From Promethearchaeota archaeon (GTDB lineage: Archaea; Asgardarchaeota; Thorarchaeia; Thorarchaeales; Thorarchaeaceae): a stretch of 6,027 nt of DNA. The DNA lies in the NCBI GenBank assembly GCA_027031765.1, contig JALVPN010000060.1, positions 1 to 6,027 of the forward strand, given 5' to 3'. The translations under genes were made by a program, and so were the position numbers. The notes beneath the pieces are model-generated. The model was given only the letters and a program-made list of their open reading frames with translations, was not told the origin of the DNA and ran no database searches. Shown here piece by piece: positions 6,027 through 6,027 of this stretch. Every line of letters begins with the position of its first letter. Positions within the stretch are counted from its first letter, which is position 1.

Positions 6027-6027
6027 G

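Overview
GC-rich, probably archaeal chromosomal window. The archaeal call rests on a type 2 IPP isomerase, a stand-alone ADP-forming acyl-CoA synthetase alpha subunit, an archaeal-type Shine-Dalgarno GGGGTGATC and frequent AGG/ATA codons. Left half: the 3' part of fni (+) converges on an acyl-CoA synthetase (NDP-forming) alpha-subunit gene (-). Right half, all on the minus strand: the 3' end of an unknown helical protein, a 513-bp apparently non-coding gap, a divergent 467-aa tubulin/FtsZ-superfamily GTPase, and a translationally coupled 362-aa unknown protein. The main point of interest is the GTPase. It mixes FtsZ/CetZ-like motifs (NTD, PFEG, DxxD T7 loop) with eukaryotic-tubulin-like ones (GECG, GxGxxFxxGY, ExxNxxxxVxxL, and a C-terminal segment resembling tubulin helices H11-H12). 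It also carries a roughly 40-aa insertion and has a dedicated partner with a hydrophobic N-terminal helix, a Pro-rich linker and a C-terminal domain. This is a candidate uncharacterised archaeal cytoskeletal module. All motif comparisons were made by eye against remembered family consensus sequences; no searches were run.
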